Below are positions 29,012 to 37,749 of a stretch of 46,705 bases of DNA, piece by piece (position 1 is the first letter of the stretch; each line of letters opens with the position of its first letter). A program made the position numbers and the translations under genes. The stretch lies in NCBI GenBank assembly GCA_021811735.1, contig JAJZNK010000035.1, positions 1 through 46,705 on the forward strand, in the 5' to 3' direction. The notes under the pieces were generated by a model that worked only from the letters and a program-made list of their open reading frames with translations, was not told the DNA's origin and ran no database searches. The stretch is from Nanobdellota archaeon. GTDB taxonomy: Archaea; Nanobdellota; Nanobdellia; Parvarchaeales; Parvarchaeaceae.

Positions 29012-29223
29012 ATAATCCTTTAATATAACGAAGATATAAAGCTTTTTGTAGTATCTTTCTATCCAGTTTATCGATGGCCTTGGATTGGGATTCCTATTTT
29101 TTCCAACCCTATTATAAAATCAACGACATATGCAAACGCCGGCTGCCAAATACTGCATGCACCTCATTTGAATTGCAATTGCACATGTTTTCAGACATTT
29201 CAATTGATACATAAAACTTTCTA

Positions 29224-29889
29224 TTACAATTGGTAACTGTTTACTTGTTCATAAAAATTCCGCCTGAATTCAATCCAAGAAGAGATTCGTGATATTACAG
29301 AAAAGTTTTTCGTCGTGATATTGCCATACATATCCACTAGCAAGAAAGGTTTTCGTCGGTAATCTGCTGAACTTCTTTTGTTTATGAGATCGCGGGCCTC
29401 AGCAGATCCGTTGTCGGTCAATATTATAATGTCCTTGATCTGGCTGTCCTTTACTTTGCTATATGTAAGATGGCCCTCTTCCATTTTTGTTTTGATGTAA
29501 ACCTCGTCTGGTCTGCCCCCCATTGATAGGTATTCTTTAAGCCACCCTTCCCAATGATCTATAAAAGGGTTTACTTCGCCTTTTATGCTCGCCTGTCTAT
29601 GTGCTTCCTCATGCACGATTGTATTTTTTACTTCTGATATCCTGCCTGAGCAAATCTTGTTGTGCAAGTAAGGCTTGTTAATAAAAATCGTGTCGTCTGG
29701 TTCGTAATACTTCCCATAAAAATCGCCGCCGAAAGTGGCAAGTTTATAGTTATTTTCAAGGAAGGCATCAGGATAGTCTGGAAACTTTTCTCTAAGATCG
29801 GAAAGTATAAAATCCAATGCTTTTCTCTGGTTACTATTGTCAGGCTTAGGAGGATACAAATCCATTAGATAGGGGTCCTTTGATTTCAT
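29224..29889 (-). CDS. SprT-like HExxH zinc metallopeptidase-domain protein (paralog 1)
   Basis: IVHEEAH followed by DHWEGW; ATG at 29889, TTTATAAA at 29912-29919. Confidence 0.7.
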   Translation of the reverse strand: MKSKDPYLMDLYPPKPDNSNQRKALDFILSDLREKFPDYPDAFLENNYKLATFGGDFYGKYYEPDDTIFINKPYLHNKICSGRISEVKNTIVHEEAHRQASIKGEVNPFIDHWEGWLKEYLSMGGRPDEVYIKTKMEEGHLTYSKVKDSQIKDIIILTDNGSAEARDLINKRSSADYRRKPFLLVDMYGNITTKNFSVISRISSWIEFRRNFYEQVNSYQL

Positions 29890-29898
29890 AGCTATATA

Positions 29899-30684
29899 AG
29901 AATGCAAATCGTTTATAAATATTTCAGCACCATTCGTGGCTCCTGAGTGCCTTTATTTCAAGCTAGAAACCTACGAACCATTATTCTTGTTTTAATGTTT
30001 TGCCCATTCTGTCGTTTCACTGTGATGCTAGATCGGTTATTTCCACTTCTTTTGATTATGTTTTCAATAAACCAGCTAGTTAAGGGAATTTCTCGTCGTA
30101 ATATTATCTTTTTGGTCCACGAGCAAAAACGGTTTCTGTCTGTAAACAGCAGCGCTTCTTTTGTTTATGAGATCGCGGGCCTCAACAGTCCCATCGTCTG
30201 TCAATATTATAATCTCCCCAATTTCGCTGTCTTTTATCCTGCTGTATGATTCGCTGTACTCGTTAATTTGTTTCTTAACGTAAACTTCGGGAGGTTTGCC
30301 TCCCATTGATATGTATTCTTTGAGCCACCCTTCACCATGCCATGCGAATGAACTCGTTTCATTCTTTATTCTCGACTGCCTGTGAGCCTCCTCGTGCACA
30401 ATCGTATTCTTTATGCTAGATAGATTCCCTGAACAAAGCATATCATACAAAAACCACCTATTCATAGAAATCTGATCGCTGTCTATGTTATACTCTCCGT
30501 TAAAATCCTCATCCGAGGCCACTATGCAGTATTTACTCTCGAGGAAAACACTGTCCTTTTCAGGAAATCTTTCCCTCATATCGGAAAGTATGGAATCCAG
30601 TATTTTTCTCTGGTTATTTCCGTTATAGAACTCCTCACGTATCATGTTTATATGAGAATGCAAATCGTTTATAAATATTTCAGC
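29899..30684. repeat. tandem duplication, 756-bp period; 30-bp identical promoter block at 29899-29928 and 30655-30684
   Basis: AGAATGCAAATCGTTTATAAATATTTCAGC occurs twice; similarity extends into GGCTCCTGAG(T/C)GCCTTTA. Confidence 0.9.
30076..30645 (-). CDS. SprT-like HExxH metallopeptidase-domain protein (paralog 2), probably frameshifted near the C-terminus (extended frame ends at 29958)
   Basis: IVHEEAH...WHGEGW; shares EARDLINKRS and KPFLLVD with paralog 1. Confidence 0.7.
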   Translation of the reverse strand: MIREEFYNGNNQRKILDSILSDMRERFPEKDSVFLESKYCIVASDEDFNGEYNIDSDQISMNRWFLYDMLCSGNLSSIKNTIVHEEAHRQSRIKNETSSFAWHGEGWLKEYISMGGKPPEVYVKKQINEYSESYSRIKDSEIGEIIILTDDGTVEARDLINKRSAAVYRQKPFLLVDQKDNITTRNSLN

Positions 30685-31009
30685 GCCTGCTGCGGCTCCT
30701 GAGCGCCTTTAAAATAACCAGGATGACAATGAATATCAACAGGGCCGCTGCAACGGAATACATCATCGAGTTGACCCCGCATTTTAGGTAGAATGACCCC
30801 GTGGCTGAGGACACTCCAGAAATCTTTCCGGCGTAGACCGTGCATTCATTGTAGTTGGTAAATATCAAAAAATATATCGGTATAGCCATCGCAGCCCCTA
30901 TTATCCCCAGAAGCAGATTCGTCCTGTCTTTTTTCAGCTTTGTGCCCTTTATATTAACATCTATTCCCTGGGATTTCAGCTCCTCTTTGTATCTATCGAC
31001 TAACCCCAT
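30680..31009 (-). CDS. small two-TM membrane protein
   Basis: two TMs flanking a loop with two Cys; 1-nt overlap with the Lrp gene stop. Confidence 0.75.
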   Translation of the reverse strand: MGLVDRYKEELKSQGIDVNIKGTKLKKDRTNLLLGIIGAAMAIPIYFLIFTNYNECTVYAGKISGVSSATGSFYLKCGVNSMMYSVAAALLIFIVILVILKALRSRSRR

Positions 31010-31440
31010 TATATTTCAATGTGCTTCATTATAAAAATAGATTGTATTTTCTTTATATTCTGGATGTTTTGAAGCTTCTCATGCACGAAATTAATTATGT
31101 TGGCTTTCGGGCCGTTAACTAGAAAAATGAAATCCCAGTCGCCACTCACCTCGTAAACTTCCTGTATTATGCTTTCCCCCTTCAAATCATGGAAAAACTG
31201 GTCGAAATCCACTGTGTGGACGTTGTTCAGTGAGACTAGTATAAGTGCCTTTTCATATCCGCTGGACTCATGGTAGTCGATTTCCACCTTAAGGCCCTTT
31301 ATGAACCCTTTTCTCTTGAGTTTATTGTAATGATAATAGACTGTGGACTGCGGGAGCTGAAGTTTCTGCGAAATCTCCTTCACAGTCTTGCCTGTCCGCA
31401 GGAGATCCAAAAATTCCAAGTCTTTTTCCTTTAATTTCAT
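31009..31440 (-). CDS. Lrp/AsnC-family transcriptional regulator
   Basis: HTH EISQKLQLPQSTVYYHYNKLKRKGFI; RAM-domain YEVSGDWD. Confidence 0.9.
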   Translation of the reverse strand: MKLKEKDLEFLDLLRTGKTVKEISQKLQLPQSTVYYHYNKLKRKGFIKGLKVEIDYHESSGYEKALILVSLNNVHTVDFDQFFHDLKGESIIQEVYEVSGDWDFIFLVNGPKANIINFVHEKLQNIQNIKKIQSIFIMKHIEI

Positions 31441-31485
31441 AGGTTTGAAATAATACTTAAGGTAATATTTAGTTTAAAAAGCTTT

Positions 31486-32274
31486 CTACCCACTCACTAT
31501 TCTGGTTGTTAAAAAATTGTCTATCACGTTTTTGAGGGTGGAGTTTGGAAGAAACATCTCCCTTCCGTAAAATGTCCCTAGATCCGCAGGTGAGAGGTAA
31601 AACGCAAAGGTATTCTGGTACAGGAACATCGAACCGTTTAGAAACGTAGTATGGTTCAGCAATCTGGATGGGAAGGAAGATCTGTTCTCGCCATTGTAAA
31701 CGATGGTCGAGTTGACCTCAGACAGTGTCGGATTGTTGGGGAAGGCCACAAAGGTGCCAAAGCCAAGATTGACCTCTCTCGTTACGTTCCTGTTTAGTAC
31801 CGGGACTGAAATGTTGGAGTATATGCTGCATACTGCGAATGCATCTGTGTTTGAACTTGCGATTTCGCAGTTCTTTAGCGAGCTGCTTAAATTTTTTGCA
31901 GTGAAATTGTATGGAAAGAATGTGGCATCCGGCAGGTTCGATACATTTGCCATATCGAGGAGTATATTGTATCCGCTTGGAAGGGAGACATTACTAAAAA
32001 GCACGGAATAATAAAGACTGTTGTTTTCAACCACCTTATTGTTGTTTATTGCAAAGTCTCTGGCGGCCGTGTAATACTGAGATGGGACAAGAAGCGTAGA
32101 ATTCTGCTTGACTGCGTTGAAATATTCAAGCGCATACTGCACAGAATAAGGCAATGAACTGGTTGTCGCTGTGTTAGTCTTGTGAAGGGTTACAAACGCA
32201 AAAATTATGACCAGTAGGACCACTACCACGATTAAGACCTTTAGAAAGCTGGTGGGTATTCTTAGGACCGCCAT
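31486..32274 (-). CDS. membrane-anchored extracellular glycoprotein, hypothetical
   Basis: N-terminal TM, numerous N-x-S/T sequons. Confidence 0.75.
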   Translation of the reverse strand: MAVLRIPTSFLKVLIVVVVLLVIIFAFVTLHKTNTATTSSLPYSVQYALEYFNAVKQNSTLLVPSQYYTAARDFAINNNKVVENNSLYYSVLFSNVSLPSGYNILLDMANVSNLPDATFFPYNFTAKNLSSSLKNCEIASSNTDAFAVCSIYSNISVPVLNRNVTREVNLGFGTFVAFPNNPTLSEVNSTIVYNGENRSSFPSRLLNHTTFLNGSMFLYQNTFAFYLSPADLGTFYGREMFLPNSTLKNVIDNFLTTRIVSG

Positions 32275-32277
32275 AAA

Positions 32278-32616
32278 CTATTGCTCATTGTTTTCTTGTT
32301 CGTCCTGATCTTCCTTCTCTTCGCTCAGGTTTATCTCGTTTTCGACCGTGTTATCAGGTGGCATTTCCGTGCCGACCGAATCTTCGGTTGCAAATATCGT
32401 AAATTTCCTTTTGACCCGCTTGCTAGTGGTCTTTTTCACGTACTTTGGCATTCCTTTGTAGAGTCTCTGTCCACGTATTTTCTTAGCGCAATCTGGGCAG
32501 TAATAAGCTTTTATACCGTCTCTAAAAAGATAAACTGCTCTGTCCCTTCTCGTTATCTGACCACATGAGGCGCACCTAACGTTGCTTGTTCTTCCCCTTC
32601 TTATGTTCTTTCCCAT
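32278..32616 (-). CDS. rps26e: 30S ribosomal protein eS26-like (internally shortened, acidic tail)
   Basis: RGR...VRCASCG...RDRAV...YCPDCA matches the eS26 zinc-finger pattern (VRCxxC..DKA..YCxxCA). Confidence 0.68.
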   Translation of the reverse strand: MGKNIRRGRTSNVRCASCGQITRRDRAVYLFRDGIKAYYCPDCAKKIRGQRLYKGMPKYVKKTTSKRVKRKFTIFATEDSVGTEMPPDNTVENEINLSEEKEDQDEQENNEQ

Positions 32617-33610
32617 TCTCTTTATTACTATTAGGCATTATATATAAGTTTGCTATCTTTGTTTCCTCAAATGAGCTGTCAGTGTATCGATTTGAGTAAT
32701 CCATGCCTGCATCGGGCCGTTTATACATGTAAAGGAAGAAAATCAACATCGCAGTCAGAAGCAGCCCTCCGACTATTGTGACTGCTAGAGACGCCGAAGA
32801 TACTGCAGAATTGTTCAGAAATGAGTAAAGAGAACGCGTTCCAAAAATCCTTCCATAGTTAAGAATGTTTATGGAAAGGACTGAGAGAAAGATCAACACA
32901 AATATCGGTTCGCGTCTGGATTTTCCGGTTAGAAAATAAAGCAACGATGTAAACGCGATTGCCACGGCAATAATGTAAGTCACATAGTTTACAATCATGC
33001 CGAGGGCACTCATCGAAATTATGAAAAGTGCTAGCCCTATGACAGTCATGAGAGGGGAAAGACCCTTGAATTTTTCGAGCCTGAAAAACGGAAAGGCGAG
33101 ACCAAAAACGATGAGAAGCAGCCCGACTATGAAACCTAAAGAATAATAATTTGAAACGAACGCGGATATGGAAAAAGAAGTGAGCGCCGAGTTTGTGCCC
33201 AATCCTGTTATCAGTGAAAGAAAGATTATAATTAGGACTAGCAAGATTGCAAAGCTTGCAATTGAGTAGGTTCTCGCGAGCAAAAGCTGGCTTATCTTTG
33301 AATCTTTCCACACATATTCGGAGAAAACCAAAAAAACGTTCCTCGCTATGAACAGGAAGGTGGCAAGGAGTATTGGAAACACGTACATGCTGTCTATGCT
33401 TGGAAAAACAGATGGATACAGTACTTCTGTGTTGACCACGAAAAAGACCGCAAACGTCCCTATTACTCCCCAAACCGGATCGAAATATTTCTTGACTGAC
33501 GGGAGGCTTTTCCTGTCATACATTATGGAAAGTGAGGACATAGCTTCTGTAATCAAGAACGTGAATAAAACGGCAAGGATTACGTAGTTCATCGTTATGT
33601 ATGTATTCAT
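32576..33610 (-). CDS. cydB: cytochrome bd oxidase subunit II
   Basis: YFDPVWGVIGTFAVF (cf. PxWDxNEVW), YP, about 9 TMs; ATGA overlap with cydA. Confidence 0.82.
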   Translation of the reverse strand: MNTYITMNYVILAVLFTFLITEAMSSLSIMYDRKSLPSVKKYFDPVWGVIGTFAVFFVVNTEVLYPSVFPSIDSMYVFPILLATFLFIARNVFLVFSEYVWKDSKISQLLLARTYSIASFAILLVLIIIFLSLITGLGTNSALTSFSISAFVSNYYSLGFIVGLLLIVFGLAFPFFRLEKFKGLSPLMTVIGLALFIISMSALGMIVNYVTYIIAVAIAFTSLLYFLTGKSRREPIFVLIFLSVLSINILNYGRIFGTRSLYSFLNNSAVSSASLAVTIVGGLLLTAMLIFFLYMYKRPDAGMDYSNRYTDSSFEETKIANLYIMPNSNKENGKEHKKGKNKQR

Positions 33611-35022
33611 GCATTACCACCAAGCTCTTTGTTTAGGTCCCTCTTCCCGAGGACTTTCATAACGAAGAAGATTGTCAGAGGAATCACTGCGATGTAAAAT
33701 AATATCATAGCTATTCCTATCGGGACCACTGTTGGTGAAGTGTTGGCGGCAGCGGAAACGGTCATTACATTATATATTATCCAAGGCTGTCTTCCGACCT
33801 CATCAGTCACCCATCCATCCTCAAGCAAAAAGGCGGACAACGCCCCTACTGCAATCAGGATTTTCAAGACGAGGGGATTATCGAATGGATCCGAGAATAT
33901 TTTTTTTGAAAGGATTTTTCCGATTGTGACATTTGATGAAAGCCTCTGTTTTATCCCTCTCGTATTAATAATCCATAGCATAAGGAAAATCACCATAATG
34001 AAAGCTATCAGTATCCCTGTGCCGACCATAACATCGAAGGTGTTATGAACAACTGAGACTGGCGGCCATGTAGTTGGAGAATAAGCTGCGAGTGAATCAT
34101 TTGCTGCTATGACCCCGTTGAAGTTATACGTTGCAAGAAAACTCATGAGTCCTGGGATGTTTATTGCATCGATGGTTTTATTGTTTATGAGTAAACCACC
34201 TATAACCTCAGGAACGTGTGGGCCGGAAACAAAATTCATTTCGAGTGCTGCAAACTTTTCAGGCTGATAAACCATTAGAGAAGTTATCGATTGTATTCCT
34301 ATTATTACTGTCAGAACTATCGAGATTATGACTATAACTGCAGCGATTTTTGCGGATTTTTTATAGAACTCTCTCTGAATACCCTCAGTCTTAAGAAGTT
34401 TGTACGCAAAATAGGCGAGAAGAAACGCAGACCCGGCGAATATAGTCGAACCTACTACATGACCTATCTCTATCCAAGTTGTTGGTGTATTCAAAACCGC
34501 TAAGGGATTCACCCCTATTATTTTTCCTGTGCTCAGATAATATTGAATATTAAATCCGTTTGGAGTATTCATGAATGCATTGATCATCGTTATGAAAACT
34601 CCAGACATAACTGCGCCTATGGATATAAATACTGAAAGGATCCAATGCCTGATTCTATTTCTGAACCTGTTCCAGAAATATATATAAATTCCTAAGAGCA
34701 CCGCCTCGGTGAAGAATGCAAATACCTCCATATACAACGGGAGGATTCCCACCTGCCCCAGGACTGCTATGAATTTCGGCCAGAGCACGAAAAGTTCGAT
34801 AGCGACGACTACGCCACTCGCCGTTCCGACTGCAAAAAAGATTATCAACGCATTTGCAAGCCGCTTGGCCATCACGTCATACATTTTACTCTGGTATTTT
34901 ATGGAGAAGTATTCAGCGATGCTCATTATTATGGGGAGCGTCATTCCCATGGTAACCAGGAGGATATGCACTGCTAAAGAATAACCCATCAATCCAGCAT
35001 CGAAAATAACAAGATTAACCAT
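33607..35022 (-). CDS. cydA: cytochrome bd oxidase subunit I (short Q-loop)
   Basis: TM1 His (AVHIL), GTASG, EVFAFFTE, NAFMNTP, second His, QPEKFAALE, FDVMVG, GWVTDEVGRQPW. Confidence 0.96.
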   Translation of the reverse strand: MVNLVIFDAGLMGYSLAVHILLVTMGMTLPIIMSIAEYFSIKYQSKMYDVMAKRLANALIIFFAVGTASGVVVAIELFVLWPKFIAVLGQVGILPLYMEVFAFFTEAVLLGIYIYFWNRFRNRIRHWILSVFISIGAVMSGVFITMINAFMNTPNGFNIQYYLSTGKIIGVNPLAVLNTPTTWIEIGHVVGSTIFAGSAFLLAYFAYKLLKTEGIQREFYKKSAKIAAVIVIISIVLTVIIGIQSITSLMVYQPEKFAALEMNFVSGPHVPEVIGGLLINNKTIDAINIPGLMSFLATYNFNGVIAANDSLAAYSPTTWPPVSVVHNTFDVMVGTGILIAFIMVIFLMLWIINTRGIKQRLSSNVTIGKILSKKIFSDPFDNPLVLKILIAVGALSAFLLEDGWVTDEVGRQPWIIYNVMTVSAAANTSPTVVPIGIAMILFYIAVIPLTIFFVMKVLGKRDLNKELGGNA

Positions 35023-35055
35023 TGTAGTATAACATTTTAACTTTATTTATGGGTT

Positions 35056-35766
35056 TCAAAAGTTTATAGAGCCTTTTGGATAAAGGACCTTATTACCTGA
35101 TGAAGCCAATTTTCTCACCATCCTCTCTGAATCCAGTGACAAGTGAACTGGCACGAGTTTCTTTGCATGGCTTTCATCGAAGACCCTCATAGTCGTGCTG
35201 TAAGTGGAATGCTTCCAGAAATCTGCTTCCTTCTGCTTTTTGTCAGTATATGTCATTTCATGTAGCAGTATATCTGCATCTTCTGCGCCCTTCACAACGT
35301 TTTCGCTGTAAGCAGTGTCGCCGCTGTAGAATATAGTCTTACCTTTGTAGTCTACTCTGTAACCATTGTCTGTGACGAAATGTTTTGCCCTGAAGGGAGT
35401 TATAGGCCCATAGGGCTTATCCTCTATGAATTCAAAAGGGGTGTTGAAAGTTGGAGGGGTTCTCAGGAGCTTTAGCAGCCGTTCCATGCTGGATTTTATC
35501 CCCTTCGGTCCAAGAACTGTAAGTTTTCTGTCTGCCTTGTATATTGACCGATACCAGAACAACTCGGGCAACCCACTAAAATGATCAAGATGCATGTGAG
35601 TTATCAACACCGTCTCTATCTTACGAGGATCTACTCCTATATCCAAAAGTGACTCTACTGTATGTGGGCCGAAATCAAACACCATTTTGTCGTCAAGCAG
35701 AAAAGAAACATTCCTTTCGCCTTTGATAAGATTAGAACTCCATTTCCCGAGAAATTTTATGTTCAT
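35056..35766 (-). CDS. MBL-fold metallo-hydrolase (RNase Z/BN-like phosphodiesterase)
   Basis: THMHLDH, YSGDT, HEMTY, KHST, PVH. Confidence 0.88.
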   Translation of the reverse strand: MNIKFLGKWSSNLIKGERNVSFLLDDKMVFDFGPHTVESLLDIGVDPRKIETVLITHMHLDHFSGLPELFWYRSIYKADRKLTVLGPKGIKSSMERLLKLLRTPPTFNTPFEFIEDKPYGPITPFRAKHFVTDNGYRVDYKGKTIFYSGDTAYSENVVKGAEDADILLHEMTYTDKKQKEADFWKHSTYSTTMRVFDESHAKKLVPVHLSLDSERMVRKLASSGNKVLYPKGSINF

Positions 35767-37139
35767 TCCGTTAACGCTTCCAGGCTTTTATCCTTTGTCT
35801 CTGGCGCCATGAAAACTGTAAGAAGAAGTCCTATAAGTCCTGCTATTGCGAAGAACAGAAGTCCGTATCCCAACCCATAAAGTGCAACTATAGTAGGAAA
35901 AGTAGTAAGTCCAAGGATTGCACCTATTCTGCTTATCGAAGTTCCCCATCCCTGTCCCGTCGCCCTTATGGTTGTAGGAAACAGTTCCTGTCCGTATACG
36001 AAGTCTGTGCTTCCCATACCCCAAGACTGAGTGAGTTCGAAAAGAATGTACATTGAAGCTATCACCACTCCAGTTATTCCGGCTGCAAAGGCATCCGTTG
36101 GAGTGCGCATTGCGATTATAGCCAAAACTAAAAGCGATACGAACATTCCTGCAAACCCTAATATCGTAACAGGTTTTCTACCCCACCTATCAACTGTGAG
36201 TATACACATTACTGAACCGATGATGGCGATTGAAGAGAATATCGCGGATCCAAGAATAGAAAGACTGTGGCTTAAACCAAGCAGTATAAGTATTGTAGGG
36301 GTAAACAATCCTATGCCGTAAAACGCTACGTCATAGAAGAACCATGCTAAACCAAAGTAAATCGTATTCTTTAGGTATTTTCTATCAAACAACGTGAAGA
36401 ATGAAACTTTTTTGTGTGTTGCCAGAATCTTGTCTGCCTTACCACCTGTTACAATCATTTCAGACTCCCTAGCTTTTGCCAATTCACCGTTATTGGCCAG
36501 CCATCTTGCAGATTCAGGCACTTTTCTCCTTAATATAAGTACGATTATTGCAGGGATGATACCTATTGCGAACATCACCCTCCAAGATATACTTCCAAGT
36601 GGAAGCAATAAATAGCCAACTACGAATGCAAATGCAGCTCCTACCCACCAAGCAAGACCATCGCTTGCTAGGAATTTACCCCTTGATTTCTTAGGACTGA
36701 TTTCAGATATTATGGTTGCGCCTATTGCGTAGTCTGCACCTATTGCTAGACCAAGTATCAACCTGAATATAAAGAGCGACCAGAAATTGAACGACAAAGA
36801 GATTGCGGCAGTGAATATTATGAAGATTACCATGTCCCAAAGGTACATGAACTTCCTTCCCCTAACATCGGTTATATAACCTATAGTCAAAGCCCCGAAA
36901 AGCATTCCGATGGTTGTAGATGCTGCCATCAGTCCTTTACCTAGAGGAGTATTTGCGTAACTGAATGCAGATAAGACCGTTATTATAGTCAAAGCTACAC
37001 CGATAATTGATATGTCGTAACCGTCTAAGAATGTTCCTGCAACGGAGAGAAGAGTTATCCTGTAATGATTAGAATTTGTCTTTGCATTATCTAGAGCAGA
37101 ATAGGAAGCAACCTTGCTAGCACTCTGCTTTTTTTGCAT
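35763..37139 (-). CDS. MFS transporter (sugar/phosphate porter-like)
   Basis: FLDGYD, TDVRGRK, GADY, SEISP..SRG, PESARW, VDRWGRK, ELFPT.IR, PETK. Confidence 0.95.
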   Translation of the reverse strand: MQKKQSASKVASYSALDNAKTNSNHYRITLLSVAGTFLDGYDISIIGVALTIITVLSAFSYANTPLGKGLMAASTTIGMLFGALTIGYITDVRGRKFMYLWDMVIFIIFTAAISLSFNFWSLFIFRLILGLAIGADYAIGATIISEISPKKSRGKFLASDGLAWWVGAAFAFVVGYLLLPLGSISWRVMFAIGIIPAIIVLILRRKVPESARWLANNGELAKARESEMIVTGGKADKILATHKKVSFFTLFDRKYLKNTIYFGLAWFFYDVAFYGIGLFTPTILILLGLSHSLSILGSAIFSSIAIIGSVMCILTVDRWGRKPVTILGFAGMFVSLLVLAIIAMRTPTDAFAAGITGVVIASMYILFELTQSWGMGSTDFVYGQELFPTTIRATGQGWGTSISRIGAILGLTTFPTIVALYGLGYGLLFFAIAGLIGLLLTVFMAPETKDKSLEALTE

Positions 37140-37378
37140 AAAAGTTATCTAAACTTTTATGTATTTAAAGGTTACTGTCAGGTCGGCCATATAAAAACAC
37201 CATAGACTAATACCTGACTATTATATAGTACAGAAGTTGGTATAAATTTGCGCAGTTAAGGCGTTGCTATTTGAATAGCTATCGAATTTGTTTTTTATTT
37301 TTACTGAACCAACTCACTATATTTACGCACCCATTACGAACGGGAAAGACATAAAAACGAGACAAACAATACAATTAA

Positions 37379-37747
37379 ATGGAGCCACAAAGTGACCTTA
37401 CAAGAAACGTTGTAGAGCTCAGGGAATCGATAAAAATCTTTGACCAGAGAATTTCACAGTTGAAAGACACTATCAAAATGGTGGACCAGAACAACCTTGA
37501 AAAATATAAAGAGATAAAATTAGCCATCCAAAGCATAAACAATGAAATCTCCAGCAGCAAAACCAAGATCTTCGAACTAGAGGACGCAATCAATAGACTG
37601 GAACGGCAATCGGAGAATTTCGCAAAGTCACAGGATATCAAAGTCATAGAGAAATATCTTAGCTTTGTTGACCCTTCAAGGTTTTTAAATAAGGAAGACG
37701 TTATTAAAATTGTAAACGATTACATGAACAGTAAGAAGTGGAGTTGA
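37379..37747 (+). CDS. coiled-coil hypothetical protein
   Basis: heptad-rich sequence ending in VIEKYLSFVDP. Confidence 0.75.
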   Translation: MEPQSDLTRNVVELRESIKIFDQRISQLKDTIKMVDQNNLEKYKEIKLAIQSINNEISSSKTKIFELEDAINRLERQSENFAKSQDIKVIEKYLSFVDPSRFLNKEDVIKIVNDYMNSKKWS

Positions 37748-37749
37748 AT

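Noticed and set aside
30076-30078. TAG read-through (pyrrolysine or recoding) in protease paralog 2
   Set aside because: The same frame hits TGA after three more codons; a frameshift explains the data better
37177-37218. GTCAGGT...ACCTGAC inverted repeat as a riboswitch or ncRNA upstream of the MFS gene
   Set aside because: Only 7 bp, and it lies upstream of the apparent TATA box, so it is probably not in the mRNA; no family features recognised
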